64,000 nucleotides of DNA from Parasitella parasitica NRRL 2501 (GCA_025201805.1 MU619258.1:124001-188000), one strand, 5' to 3'; counted from the stretch's first letter, positions 1 through 13,665 are shown. Program-made: numbers and translations. The notes: generated by a model from the letters alone, not told the origin.

Positions 1-3000
1 GAGGGCGGCTGAGGAAGAGGAGGAGAAGGTGTCTTGTCTATCTGCTTTTTAATGTTCAATATTCGATCAACAGGGACGCCTTTGCGACGCAAATTGTACA
101 AGGTGGTAGTCAAATAGCGCTCCACCACAATGGCATCGTTGAAACGAACGCGAGCAAAGATCAAGGCGCACAAAGAGTTGGCAACGTCATAGAAATCAAT
201 GTCGTTTGAGTCGGATATGTAGATTTGAAAGTTGGTTCGATCAGCACAAGAGGTAGTGGGCTGGACGTTCTTTTCGTTGGTATATTTAAACGTGCGATTG
301 ATCTTCAAATCTTTGACTTGAATAACCTTGAGATGCTGCATTACATACTTTTCATCATGCAATAGTTCCTTCCTTCTTCGATGATCGTCGTTCATCATTT
401 GATATATAATGATCGGCGTACGCTCAAAGATCATGTCTGTGATTTTCTTGGTTGTCTTGGAAACGCCAATATTAGTAGCGTAAGAGTAGGCTTCCCTTAC
501 TTGGCTGCCGTACACTGTTAGTGATTGTGATCAAGAAATACTATACGAATCTCTTACCTTTGGAGCGTTCTACTGCCTAGACTTGCGTAAAATTCTTCCA
601 GCATAGGTTCCAAAGGTGCTGACAACGGACTAAAGATTTGCTGAGCCATGGTATCATTGTTAATAAAGATATCTGCAGCCTTGGCGAGTCTGTATTGTAC
701 AAATTCATCTTCGGCGGCCTCGTCTGTTTCTTTTTCTTTTTCTTCTTCTCCATTATTGTCCTGCTTTTCCTTGCGCTGTCGTTGCTCTGTCAAGGTCGTC
801 CGTTTGATGCCGACCAAAAAAGGCTTCGTTTTCATGTCACTCAACAATTGTCTGTTTGATTTGATTGAAGAAAATTGGCATGCAATTTGACGCAATGCTT
901 CGAGGTAGCGTTCTCCCCCGCTGCTCAAGTCCCAGAAACGCTGTGGATCCTTGACGATCATAGCAGCTAATTCCACTGTAGTGGGCTCATCCTTGACACC
1001 GCAAGAACGCAAAAATGAATTAGATCGAGAGCCAAAACTGACATAAACAAACAAATCCTTGTAAAAGCTCGTTGAGCCTTCTGACTCAAAGTAAACCTGT
1101 GCAGGCTGGTACAATTTGACAGATTCATTCTTTTCAACTGGAATAAAGGCAAGTTGTCGTAGTGTTTGCCATTGAGCATGAGAAAATTCGCCCATCCGAC
1201 TTGCCATGTACTCGAACACTTTACGCGCCTTTTCATGGCCTACTTGCAGCTTTTCTACAAAGGCGGCAACTAGTTGATCGGCAGTAGGGTTTTCTCGAAC
1301 ACAAAGCCTGTCTCGAACGTTGATCAAGTCTGAATGGAGCACCTGAAATCCTAACAACTGTACGTCAGGATTAGAAAAACAATCCTTGGGAGCTGCATAG
1401 GTTTTGCCGTCTGCACAGGGCAAGAATTTGATCTGAATGGTATTGACATTGTAGGAATCCTTGTAATCCTGATACTTTTCAATGAGGTAGGACAAGGCGC
1501 GCCTTTGGATGGCTACTCTTTCAGGCGTTGTCTTGGAATCAGGAGCCGCGAGCAATAGCAAGGATGCCAACGGTGGCGTTGTATTCAGGCCAAGTTTTCC
1601 TAGAAATTTAGCCTCATCACTGGCTGGCTTCCAGCGAGGCATGGCTGTCCAGTATATTGTTGGCAGCTTCAAATCACGGATGATATCTGTAGGTGCAAAT
1701 AGATCTCCTGCGCGATACCGTTTGTATATCTTTTTGGTTTGTTTCTCCATGGTAGGTTTGCCATCAGAGTGCATGCTGATCTCCTTGAGACGTGGCTCCT
1801 CGCCTTCTTTTGTAAAGATGGCCGTCTCTCTCAATCTCTTTAATTCAATGTCGCTCAACGTTGCTTGCACAGAGGTAAGGTATTTCACCAATTCTATATG
1901 AGACCAGCTCCCATCAGAGATCAATCTATCAAACACCATTTGCAATTCCACATGCTACATGGTACAGCTAGTTAGCCAACAGAAAAAAAAAAAACGCAAC
2001 AAGGCCACTACTGAGCTTACTTTGCGAACACCTAATGCAGCCAAGAATGCATCACTAATGTGCTTGCTTGAAAACTCGACGACGGGAAGGTCGTCAAAAA
2101 GCTTGACCGAAGGAAAGTAGGCATCCTGAGGCTGTTTCAGGCCGTAGCGTGTTGGTATACAGCGCTTCATTTTGAGGATACTTGCAATATCGCCCTGTGT
2201 TTTGGCAGACGAATGCAGAAACTGCTTCGATACCACCAACAAGACTCGCTCTGCAAATTCTTTTGACGTTTCCAGCTGTGGTTTAGTTTGTGCAATGAAT
2301 TGGGTCCAGTGTAGCACTGTCAATACGTTCATATTCCCAAAATAACTGGCCAAATCCGCCGTAGAAAAGTTTTTGGAGATAGAGAACGGCATTGTGTCTT
2401 CAGGAATAGGCATATCCAAAGGAACCGTCTTTGGATTCAGGTACCACTGTGTATGAGACAGCTGTAGTAGGCCACGATCCTCACCACAATTCATAATAGC
2501 AGCATCAAGGAACTTTGTGCGAGCAGCGTGATTACCAATAATATGGTCTCTTGTGTGTTTGGGTATAGATGAATTGTTTCTGTTGCACTCTATCCACCAT
2601 TTCATGCAGGCTACCATCTCGTTTTGTTCCAAGGATCTCGCATCTAATTCCTTTACAACATCATTGAATCCAAGTGGTGCCAGCAGGTTGAATCCAATCA
2701 ACTTGGCTATGCTCTCTTTGCATTCTTGAGATACAGTGGGTGTAAGCGTGGGTATCGTCTTGATAAACACATCGAGCAGTTCAGTAATGACATGGCCTGC
2801 TACGTTGGTGTTGTCGGGGACAGTTCTTGCCATATCAATGGGCAAGATGCCATGCGAAGTCATTACGTTTAATGGCGCCTTGCAAGAGACAAAGAACTGT
2901 TCTTCGTGCAGTTTGCTGACAATTGTACTCGGGGTGGAATGCTGAAATGTGAACGAATGCAGTGCATGCGCTGCTCTTTTTTCCAGCACAAGTTTCGCAC

Positions 3001-4557
3001 TATCCATGCCTTCCACCTTTGTCTTGTCTACCTCAGCGCTGTATCCAACAAGCTCACGGTAAAGCCTAGAGATTTGCTCCATCTCATCATTGTAAACCAT
3101 GCGAGCTAGTATGCCGCCTGCTGCTAAAAGCTCCTTGTTCCACACACTGATATATCGATCCGCAAAATCGATGCTCTCTCTTTCGACAGTAGGGATAAAG
3201 CGAGAGGCCATATGGCAGCAACAACCGGTGGTTTGATGCGTAGGAAACCCAATAAACACTCGTCCCTGATGAGGAAAGGGGATGAGGTCTTTGAATATCT
3301 GATTTCTGTTCTCTGAGGCATCCAGTTCCTCTTTTCCGGTGTAGACAAGCTGGAATTTGGTGGTTTTTGGTGGTTTCTTTTTGGTTGCACGCTCCATTTC
3401 CTTTTCGTAATCTCGAGACACACTCACTTTCAGAGCGCCTGTAACTACTCGTAAAAAGATACTGCCCTTTTCTACTGGCAATCCCTTTTCCTTGTCTGTG
3501 GTGGATTTCGGTTTGCTGGACAGAAAGTTGGCCAATGGGCTGAATACCGATGGCGGCGTGTATTTCTCGGCATCAAGCTGGATCTGTCTCATGTCGCAAC
3601 CAGTGATTGTAAACATACGTTGGGGAGTGGTGAGAGCCGTTTTATCCATCTTGATGGTCACTGATCTGGGCTCAGCTTCTCTCTTTGTGATTTTGAATAT
3701 CTGATGGTCGTCAAAATAAACAGCAACCTGCTTTAGATTGGCAGTGAATCCCATACTTGTTGTTAAAAATCGTGAGAAACTGTCGAAATCAGGCATTTCC
3801 ATAGGCTCTCTCAAGTCCATCAAAAACGATGTCCATGCATCAATGTCTTTTTCGGGAACATCAGCCCTCTTTGCAAATAGCTGATCTCCTTTGAAATAAA
3901 ACGCCATGCATTGCGATCCTGAAAAAACACTATGAAGACAAGTTGGCATCAAGATTCTCTGCTTTAGACATACACAAACAATGGGCTTACAATGGGTTCT
4001 CACAGACCGAGAAAAGAGAGTAAAATCCTACACCAAATGCGCCAATTTTTTGTTCATCTGTTGCATTGTCTTTAATCATATGCTATTTTATCAGTGCTGA
4101 TGTCGACTCTTACCCGGATTTCCTTCTGCAATTCTCTTTAACCGCTGCCAATCCTCAGGACGGAAGGCCATGCCGTTGTTTTTGAATACTATCTGTTTGC
4201 ATTTTGCAGACAGATTGAGAGTTTTTGTGTCGTCGGGCGAGCATGATTGGAAGTGGATGGAGATGCTCGTTGAAGAAGCGTCATCTACACAGAAAATGTC
4301 AAATTTCTGATGGCACTGTACGTCCGTTTCTATGCTATACCGGCATTTTGCATCAACTCTCTGTATAATACGTATTCAGCTGAATATCTGGCCAAGATTT
4401 TATCGATCAAGTGTCTTTGATTTACTACGCAAGCAATGATCAGTACCTGATAAGAACATAGCAGGCCTCATGTACCTTCCACTTTCTCTTCTACGCCCCC
4501 AGTATCCATGATACTGGAACGAAGAGCCTCCAGCCGATTATCCCCCTTCTTTGACAT
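1..4557 (-). CDS. Large DUF3684-type protein with N-terminal sacsin-like GHKL/HATPase domain (multi-exon; 3' end lies beyond window start)
   Basis: Spliced N-terminus from ATG at 4557 reads MSKKGDNRLEALRSSIMDTGGVEEKVEVNQRHLIDKILARYSAEYVLYRELMQNADDA...NNGMAFRPEDWQRLKRIAEGNPDEQKIGAFGVGFYSLFSVCENPF. This carries the GHKL motifs ELxQNAxDA and GxFGVGFYS. It continues into ORFs 1955-4003 and 554-1951 through GT-AG introns. Confidence 0.85.
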
Positions 4558-5404
4558 GGATTTTGCGTTTTATATAAAGAAAAAAGGAACCCGGATTGTT
4601 TGTATGCAATTTACCGTATTTTGCACATGATGACTCGGAAAAGCGACTGTGCTTGCCCAGTGGTGAAAGCATCACAGCGCTGCTGATAAAATACGAGCGC
4701 GATCATTGTTACTACGCCTTTTAAGGCATGCGACTAACGGGTCCAAGCAGTTGAACTGGGAAGGACGTACTATGGCTTCATACTGATAAAACACGACCTA
4801 TTTACTTGTTTTTTTTTCTCTTCTTCTTGAACTGTATATAATATTGAGATAATTTACTAGCAAAACTGTGCGGCCATTTGATGACAAAAGATGCAACGTT
4901 ACAATAGAGAAAAGTAGGACAGTCCATCCTGTCCATCTCTCCCCCCCCCCACCCCACCCAAAGAAAAAACATAGCTCGCCCAGAGATTAAATCTATTTGC
5001 AAAAAGACAGCTCGAGCAGCATTCAGACAATGCTGGACTCTTGTGCAAATCCACTTAAAGAAATCTAGCACAAGACACGCAGCTCCAACTACCGCTGCGA
5101 CTTGCTGGCCAAACAGCTCAGTGATGGGTCACGTATCGCTCAAAAAGCGGCATCAGTTAGGCACACCCACCCGGCATTAAAAATGGGGTTTTCCCTCACC
5201 AAGGATATTGTTAGGATAAAAAGAAGCATCCCTCTTAAAATCATGTGTTCCCCACCCTTGGCATGAATCATTTTTTTGTTCATGTGAAACCTGGCCTCTC
5301 TTGGATCCATTTCGTAATGGAATTGGAGAGGAACAAAGGCAGCCAGAAAAAGACTTGAACTGTTCAGACTCTTTTTCTTTTTCAATAAGTAAACGAAAAA
5401 AAAA

Positions 5405-6031
5405 ATGGGATTGTTTTCAAAATCTAAATCCAAATCGCCTCAACCATCTTCTCAAAGCGGGCCTCCTGCTTACTCTGCTACGCCGCCCAGCAACTATGCC
5501 CCTCCTTCGCCTCCAAGACAGCCCGTAAATTCAGACTCTCGACCATTGCCAAACGGTTGGATTTCTCAATACGACCCTAACTCGAGCAAATTTTTTTACG
5601 TATATACACCTACAGCATTGCGTCAATGGGAGCATCCTGCTGATAAACCAATGACAAGTTCTAGCCGTGGCGAAAATGCTTCTTACAACAACCAATCGCA
5701 GCAGCCATACTACCCTCAGCAACAGCAGAGATTCTATCCTCAGCAAGGTCAATATGCCCAGCAACCTCAGTATGTCCAACAGCCGCAGTATGTCCAGCAG
5801 CCGCAATACGTGCAACAACCTCAATATGGCAGAAGTAATGGCGGTGGTATGGGCTTTGGCAAGATGGCTGCTGCTGGTGTTGGCGGTGGTTTGTTAGGTT
5901 ACATGATCGGTGATGCAATGTTTGACAATCCAGATACTATTGTCGAAAACAACTACTACGGCGATGACAATGGATATGATAATGGTGGTGGATTCGACGG
6001 TGGATTCGACGATGGAGGATTTGATTTTTAA
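5405..6031 (+). CDS. WW-domain protein with Q/Y/P-rich QQPQYV repeats and a Gly-rich tail (Wwm1-like)
   Basis: WW domain PLPNGWISQYDPNSSKFFYVYTPTALRQWEHP; four QQPQY repeats; AAAGVGGGLLG...GGFDGGFD tail. Confidence 0.85.
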   Translation: MGLFSKSKSKSPQPSSQSGPPAYSATPPSNYAPPSPPRQPVNSDSRPLPNGWISQYDPNSSKFFYVYTPTALRQWEHPADKPMTSSSRGENASYNNQSQQPYYPQQQQRFYPQQGQYAQQPQYVQQPQYVQQPQYVQQPQYGRSNGGGMGFGKMAAAGVGGGLLGYMIGDAMFDNPDTIVENNYYGDDNGYDNGGGFDGGFDDGGFDF

Positions 6032-6250
6032 CAGAACATCACATGCTGCTCACCATAGCAATAATCTATGATAAATAAACTCATTATGACGTTATGTATT
6101 ATATTATATTTTAGACTTGGTCTGTATGATGCTAGTGCGCATATTACTAGCCCTCTACAAAATGTTTGCATTCAAAATTTTACATATGAGCACATTCTGC
6201 AAATCATGATTTTTTAATGATACATTCAATGTAAAATTCACAGAAATGCC

Positions 6251-6979
6251 CTAGAGCTTAGCAGAGATCAAAAGCATCATGGGTCTTCTTACTTCATCAG
6301 GCATGAACGCAATCTTGCTCTCCTCAGGCAATGGCTCTACAACCTTGGTTATCTTGAAGCCGTGGTTGATGAGCGTGTTGATATAAGTGCTCAATGTTTT
6401 GTGGTACTTGTACACATCTTCTCCCAAGAAATTGGCCTTTCTAACACCTTCATCAAAATAGTGGTCCACAGGCCAGTGGAGTGGTTTACCATCTGCATCG
6501 TAATACCAATCGCCGCTTCCGTATGCTGTAAATATTGGGTTTTCAACCGAGAATACGAAATCGCCACCATCCACAAGGCAGTTCTTTACTTTGACACATA
6601 TGTCATCAAACGAGGCGACATAATGGAAGGCCAAAGAACTAATGACAACATCGAACGAGTCTGCAGGATAGTCTGCTTGTTCTATTGACTGTACGTGGTA
6701 GGAAATAACAGGTGAATTTGTCTTTGATTTGGCGACTTGGATCATCTTCACCGAGCTGTCGATCCCTACGACCTGCCTCGAACCATGCTCTGCAGCGTAG
6801 ACACAGTGCCATCCATAGCCACAACCAAGGTCCAATACCCGCTTGTCCTGGAAAACAGGAAACATCTTTTCTAGCTCATGCCATTCACCAGCGCCAGCAA
6901 GGCCGTCTTTAGACCTGGCCATTTCCTTGTATTTCTCAAAAAATCGAGGGTTATCGTATTCGTTGGATCTTTGCGACAT
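6251..6979 (-). CDS. Class I SAM-dependent methyltransferase, intronless, bacterial-like
   Basis: ATG at 6979 (MSQRSNEYDNPRFFEKY). Motif I VLDLGCGYGW, FDVVISSLAFHYV, and C-terminal DEVRRPMMLLISAK. Single exon. Confidence 0.9.
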   Translation of the reverse strand: MSQRSNEYDNPRFFEKYKEMARSKDGLAGAGEWHELEKMFPVFQDKRVLDLGCGYGWHCVYAAEHGSRQVVGIDSSVKMIQVAKSKTNSPVISYHVQSIEQADYPADSFDVVISSLAFHYVASFDDICVKVKNCLVDGGDFVFSVENPIFTAYGSGDWYYDADGKPLHWPVDHYFDEGVRKANFLGEDVYKYHKTLSTYINTLINHGFKITKVVEPLPEESKIAFMPDEVRRPMMLLISAKL

Positions 6980-7376
6980 TTTCAAATTGTTTAAAACGGG
7001 TGAACTAGTTGCGCCCAGTAGTGGCGACAAGAGTTTTCGCTTTTAAATATGTCGGAATTTCACGCCGGTGAAGAGATCGATCAATCGAAGACTGTGTGTC
7101 GACAAAAATTTTGGGAAACGTCAAGATTCTCCCATTTTGATAAAAGACTTCAATATTCTTATTCTGCTAAGCTACCATCTCTCATCATCCATACTATCCA
7201 ATGGAGTCAAGGTGGCAATAAACATGCTGCTTTCTGCCCTGAATGTTTACAATCGAGCTTGCAGTGACTGTATCGTAACTTTTTTAATTAAGCAGTGATT
7301 TTTGCTTTTCAAGTCCTGGGCCCTCCTCTATTTTTTTTTTTTTTTTTATTTCAGTTTTTTTTCCTACTGTTGTAAC

Positions 7377-8317
7377 ATGTCTACTAGAAAGGGAATCAAC
7401 AGAGTAGTAGCTGCAGACGGGCTCAAATACAAGCCAATTTATACTCCACCACCTCCACCCCCTCCCCCAAGACTAAAGCCAAAGTTGGGGCCCATCTTAA
7501 TCGGTGGCTCTCTACTATATGTAACAGCTACTTATGTGAGCATGCTTGTCTTTAAAAGCAAAAACGACACGAATGATGCAGTTGCAGGAAAAACAGGAAA
7601 AACAGCAGTAACGCCCTCCAGCTTTGATACATCGGATGTATGGAAGTCTATTGCTAAAAAGTATGACCAAGAAATAGGCTGGGATGAAATTGTCATGGGC
7701 GTTGGACTTTTAAGACGTTGGTTAGTTGGAAAGGCAAAGGTGAGTATAAGAGAGCAAGAGAGCAAGAGAGACAAGACAGAAACTCAGGATGGACTGTGTA
7801 GGGCGACGTTTTAGAGGTATCCACGGGGACTGGCCGTAACTTTGATTACTACAACGCAGATCAGGTCAGTTCTGTCACGTTCACAGATCGACATGCACCA
7901 ATGTTGAACGAAGCCAATGAAAAGTATCTTGCATCATACAAAGACAAATTCCATCAGGCTTTTTTCGAGACTAGCAACGTGGAAGAAAAAAAGAACAACA
8001 AGTACGATACGATTGTAGATACATTTGGGCTTTGTTCATGCGGCGATCCAGTCGAGGCATTAGTGCAGTTAGCAAATTCGTGTAAATCAGAGGAATCGCG
8101 GATCCTGTTGCTGGAGCACGGTCGTTCACATTATGACTGGCTCAACAGATTATTGGACACAAATGTTGACAAACATGTGCAACAATGGGGGTGTTGGTGG
8201 AATCGAGATATTATGGCTTTGTTTGAGGATCCTCGTGTTAAAGAAAAGCTGCAGGTGGAAAAGGTGTCTCGATGGCATTTAGGCACAACATGCTTCATTA
8301 TAGCGAAACCAACATGA
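7377..8317 (+). CDS. OMS1-like membrane-anchored methyltransferase (2 exons; intron ~7740-7801)
   Basis: N-terminal TM segment, then YDQEIGWDEIVMGVGLLRRWLVGKAK/GDVLEVSTGTGRN, YDTIVDTFGLCS, ILLLEHGRSHYDWLN and WGCWWNRDI, typical of the OMS1/METTL7-like family. Confidence 0.8.
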
Positions 8318-8451
8318 TAATGGTTGTAAATAAACTGAAGGCTTTTCATGATGTGACGCGCTATCGCTGCTAAATGACTATTTCTTTTTGTTTTTTTTTT
8401 TTCCTCGGTTGAAAATTTTTCTTCTTCTTTCTTCAAACATTTTATTACATC

Positions 8452-9859
8452 ATGAGGTAAGCCATCGGATGCATATTGTTTTGCAGGACAGCCAAACTGA
8501 AGAGTTGACAACACCATTTTAGTAACGAACCTTTGCAAGACATCCAAGATATCGAAATCGAAGTTTGTAGCTAGAAAAATTGCGAAATCGAAAATCTTGC
8601 TAACCGTTATGTGTATTGTAGGCCAATGATGTCGAAGTCGTTGACAACTTTGACAACATGAACCTCAAACCTGAGCTTCTTCGAGGTATCTATGCCTATG
8701 GGTAAATATTAAAAAGAAAAGGGGAGGATGAGAGTGTTGTCAATCTTGTGATTTCGGTTGGTTTCGAAACTAACTTTTTGGATAATATAGTTTCGAAAGA
8801 CCTTCTGCTATTCAACAACGTGCTATTATGCCCGTAATTAAGGGTCAAGATGTAATTGCCCAAGCCCAATCTGGTACTGGCAAGACCGCCACCTTTTCCA
8901 TCTCTGTCCTTCAATCCATCGACATTGACGTCGTAGAGCCACAAGCTTGTATCCTTGCCCCCACCAGAGAATTGGCCACTCAAATCCATAAAGTTGTCCT
9001 TGCTCTTGGTGATTTCATGGGCGTCAAATGTCATGCCTGTATCGGTGGTACTAGCATTGGTGAAGACATTGCGGCATTGAACAAAGGTGTCCATATTGTC
9101 GTTGGAACTCCTGGTCGTATCCATGATATGATTCAAAATAGAAGAGCCCTGAAGACCGAGAAAATGAAGTTGTTCGTTTTGGATGAAGCTGATGAAATGC
9201 TCTCTCGCGGTTTCAAGGATCAAATTTATGACATTTTCCAATTGATGCCTCCAACTGTTCATTCTGTTCTCTTGTCCGCTACTATGCCTGCTGAAGTTTT
9301 GGAGGTTACAACAAAGTTCATGGAGAAGCCTGCTAAAATTTTGGTTAAGCGTGATGAATTGACTTTGGAAGGTATCAAACAATTCTATATTGCTGTCGAT
9401 AAGGAAGAGTGGAAGTTGGATACCTTGTGTGATTTATACGAAACTGTCACCATTACTCAAGCAGTTATCTTCTGTAACACTCGTAGAAAGGTCGATTGGT
9501 TGACTGATAAACTTCAAGCTCGTGAATTCACTGTCTCTGCTATGCATGGTGATATGGATCAAAACCAACGTGATATTATTATGAAGGAATTCCGTTCCGG
9601 CTCTTCTCGTGTTTTGATTACCACTGATTTGTTAGCCCGTGGTATTGATGTTCAACAAGTGTCTTTGGTTATCAACTATGATTTACCTGCTAACCGTGAA
9701 AACTATATTCACAGAATTGGTCGTGGTGGTCGTTTCGGTCGTAAGGGTGTTGCTATCAACTTTGTTTCTAATGATGATGTTCGTACTATGAGAGACATTG
9801 AACAATTCTACAATACTCAAATCGAGGAAATGCCCATGAATGTTGCTGATCTTATCTAA
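8452..9859 (+). CDS. TIF1: Translation initiation factor eIF4A (DEAD-box helicase), with three short 5' introns
   Basis: Spliced start [54 protein letters not shown]. Motifs [21 protein letters not shown] and [13 protein letters not shown]. Confidence 0.96.
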
Positions 9860-10283
9860 ATAACTGCACAAATCTTTTTTTATTTTATTTTTTTGCTCCC
9901 TACTACTAAACGTTTTTTACTGAACAAAGCTCTAAAAAAAAATAAATAAAATCAAAAATTAAATGATGTTTTTGGTAGAATCGGTCACTAGCCAGTGGTT
10001 GATAGTATGCGTATTTGAGGATTTTTAGTTTTTATTAAAGAGAAAGGCCTTAAAAACGGAACACTGATTTTTAACGGTAATCTTGCAAGACCCTCAATCA
10101 CTAGTTGATAATCATAAATCTTCACAGAGTGGCTTTATTCATACCTCTACTTTGAAATAATATCGCACAAGGCAACATTCGATTTCGTAAGCAAGGTACT
10201 GTAATATCAATCTGTTCAAAAAATCAATCAAATAAAATAATATGGAGTTCAACTAAACGAGTCTAGTCGAATACATGTATATT

Positions 10284-11311
10284 TTATTCAGTTTTGGTCG
10301 GAGGGTTGTTATTAGTACTAGATTGTTGACCGGATGTAGATGATTCAGCGCCATGAGGATAGACATGCTGCTGCTGCTGCTGTTGTTGTTGCTGTTGCTG
10401 TGCAGCAAATTGTTGAAGTTGAAGTTGGTATTCCTGCATTTGTTCAGCTGTCAACTGAGAATAGGATGCATATGCAGCTGCCTCTATTGTCTAAATCTCA
10501 AGCGTTAACAAAAGAAAAAAAAAATCAAATCAAAGAAGGGCTTATTTACCTGCTGAGGAGCATATTGAGGAACACCACCCTGAGCAGGGTAATAGCTACC
10601 ATATTCAGGCTGTTGAGGTTGTTGCTGTTGTTGTTGCTGTTGTTGTGGCTGTTCATATGGGACGCTTTGAGTCTTGACAGCCTCTTCTCTAGGAACAATA
10701 TCAATCAAGAAATCACACATGTCAGTTTTCGAGATAGCTGTGGCAATATCAGATCTTTGTAGAGTGCGTCTTTTATTCTCCTCTGCATGCACCCTTTTTA
10801 TTGTAGTCAATTATCGCAAGTTCAAGTATTACGAAGTATGGCTTACCAAGCACGTTTTGTCAGTTCAGTGATAAATATTTCGCAGCCTTTAGCAAACAAC
10901 ACAGGAGCCTATTACAAGCGTTTGAATTGAGACAGGCTGTTCATAGTTTATTAAATACTCACTTCTGCACTTATCATCTTTTAATTCAACATGAAGATTA
11001 ATAATCCGTTCCATGCGTAAAATCATGGTCTTTACCTTGACTTCTTGGTCAGTCTTCATGACCTTTTTGATTCTGGCTAAAGGTAGAGGATGATTTTTGA
11101 AATCGGATTCAAACATGTCGGCTAATTGCATTTGCTCAGTCCAAAATTTTGCCAAGTCAAAAGCTGGATAATTTCCAGACGCACTTGCTGCTGCAGGCAC
11201 GGACGATAAAGCATTTGGTATTTGTTGCTGTTGGTGCTGCTGAATAGGCTCAGTAGGTACTCCAACATATTGAGGCTGTTGATGTTGGTCTCCTGGCTGT
11301 TGAGCAGACAT
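10284..11311 (-). CDS. HAP5: CCAAT-binding factor subunit NF-YC/HAP5 (histone fold) with poly-Q regions
   Basis: [84 protein letters not shown]; includes a 15-nt micro-exon. Confidence 0.93.
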
Positions 11312-11652
11312 TTTTATGTGTAAAGATGAAAAAGCACTAGTTAAAAGTGGAACGCGCTTTTTTCCTTAATACATGTAGTAGAAGAGTCGAAAATTTTTCG
11401 TGCATTCAAACGCCGGATCAGTTACAATGGTAGTAGTTTGGAGACACAAGGTGTTGAGGGGAGGGGTCATCGAAGGAAATGCTGTCTTCCCAGCCATCGC
11501 AAACAATACACCATCCTCCTACTCGCGCAAGTATATTCAACTAGTATACTCATATGCCTAAACTGATACAGAAGATGGTTGACTCATTTAAAATATTAAA
11601 CACATTGAAAACCAAGTGTGAGGTATAGTCAGTTCATACAAGTCTCAACGTC

Positions 11653-12864
11653 TTATCGTTTATTGTTACTAGAATGATGATTGTTGTTATTATTGCTGTT
11701 GGCTGCATTGTTGCTGGAATACTTTTTGGGTAGCTTATATACGTCCATAATGGAACCAGCAATTTCTATTCCGTACAAAAAAAAAAAAAAAAATCAACAA
11801 CACTACATTCAGACTATGAAGCCAGACCTACCTCCTATCAAATCCGAATTGGCTTGTAGATACTGACCCCAAATGCTGTTTAGATCAGTAGGAAAGTTAA
11901 TATCATGGCCATGATATCCCATTAACAGCGCTGCTGCCGCTATTGACCTCGGGTCATACCACAGACACAACGGCAGCCTAAAACTGTGCATGTGTCAATC
12001 GCCGTAAATTCTCAAATGATAAACTTTTTACCTGTCAGTGATGAAAGCTAATGCAGCATGGACAACATCATTGGGTGCTATAATACACTGTCAGTAATTC
12101 TTCTTCCTGGTGTAGCTAGGATACATTACTGTTGACCTGTTTCACAAACTCAAACAATTCAAAATATGGGTGGTCTATTTGCATGTCAAAGCAAGTGATA
12201 TCGAGCACAATTAGTTCGTAATACAGGAGATCAGCAATAAATTTGTTCTACAATCTTGAGCGTTAGAGGGTCATCATTATTGCAAATCCTGCCTGTTGCT
12301 TACAATCTTCTTTTCACTTAGGGTTTGTTTAGGCTTATATAGCCAAGACTTTGCTATGTCGTTTGCTCTTCGTGAGGATTCGTCGCTTTTACATGCTATA
12401 AATACACATGCCTGTGCGATTTTCTATAGCAAGTTTGCGTTAAAAGGCTGCACGTAAAACTTGATAATAAAGTCTTACATTTGCTTTATACTCGAAAAAA
12501 GATCGCCTGCTGTAAAATCGATGGAATAAGGCAGAGGCTGTCGCTACTGTGTGTATCGGCCTAATATTGAAATGAGGTATGAATTAAAAACCTCTTCTGT
12601 GCAAAGTAAACAGGCGATGCTCACAATTCTAACCGATATCCAACGCATTGTATCAAACAAACTGCACGTAGACGAGACAGCAGCTCGTCTTCATATTTCA
12701 TTCCCTTTTGAATTGAAGGGAAGTATCGACTTTCGTCTCTCTGCATTACCCACTTTTCTCATTGAAACAATATCAAATGGCGATGAGGGGAAGAAAGTTT
12801 AGTTGCTAATAGTTAATAATATCATACTTGCAAGCGGTTTATTCTGGTGTACCTGATTAGCCAT
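11653..12864 (-). CDS. Transcription-type cyclin (cyclin K/T/L-like), multi-exon; absent from the ORF track as an intact ORF
   Basis: Spliced fragments: WVMQRDESRYFPSIQKGMKYEDELLSRLRAVCLIQCVGYRLE, TVATASALFHRFY, AQACVFIACKSDESSRR, YELIVLDITCFDMQIDHPY and LCLWYDPRSIAAAAL. These are cyclin-box signatures. The start codon is approximate. Confidence 0.8.
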
Positions 12865-13665
12865 ACTCTGCTGCTTGTAACTATCGCAACAATAAAAGGA
12901 AAATGAATGAAATATCAAATTTGTCAACTTCCAAACAAAACTTTGTGTGGATAATAGCTGGGCCGAAAATACCACCAAGGTTTCCAAATAAGGTCACCTT
13001 GTTTATACTATATTGCTCTCATTTTATTGTTGAGAGTGTGATATCTATAAAAAAAAAAAGGAGGAGGGGGGGCACTGTTTTATCTAGTAATCTTTCAGTA
13101 TAATATATTCTTTTTGATCTATTCTAACAAGATAATATCGACTCTGTACCTATCTAAATATTTTTAAAGCTTCAGAAGGGCTAATTTTGTGTGAATGAAG
13201 CAATTAATTTATTATCTTGTAAAAATATATGTTCATTCATAATGTACCATTAGATTAGGCGAAATAATAGAGAGTGAATAAGCGTTTCCTGGAGCATGCT
13301 GCATCAATAGATTGCCACGAAGACCTGATTGAACGAGAGAGAGGCATATACCGGCATGTAAAATACCACACAGAATTTATACAGTTTCTATCCTATTCAA
13401 ATGCTGCTTAAAGCTGCACCAGATGATTTTCCAGAGTTTGTACCGTAGTAGGCATCTGATGCATGTCTACCAGAAAAGTTGGTCATCAATTTTCAACGAT
13501 TCTTCAAATAAAGAACAGAATGACTTCCCTGGTAATATGTTAATCACTATAATAAGGCGGTAGCCTTTTTTCTAAAAAAACAACCCGAAAATGAATTTTT
13601 TTGCTATAGTGTTATAGACAACTAAATCTTACCCCAATTTAATACAAGGTTACAATTTTAGTTAA

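Noticed and set aside
4626-4690. ATGATGA...CTGA, a possible C/D snoRNA
   Set aside because: Short, no terminal stem or recognisable rRNA guide, and located in a divergent promoter.
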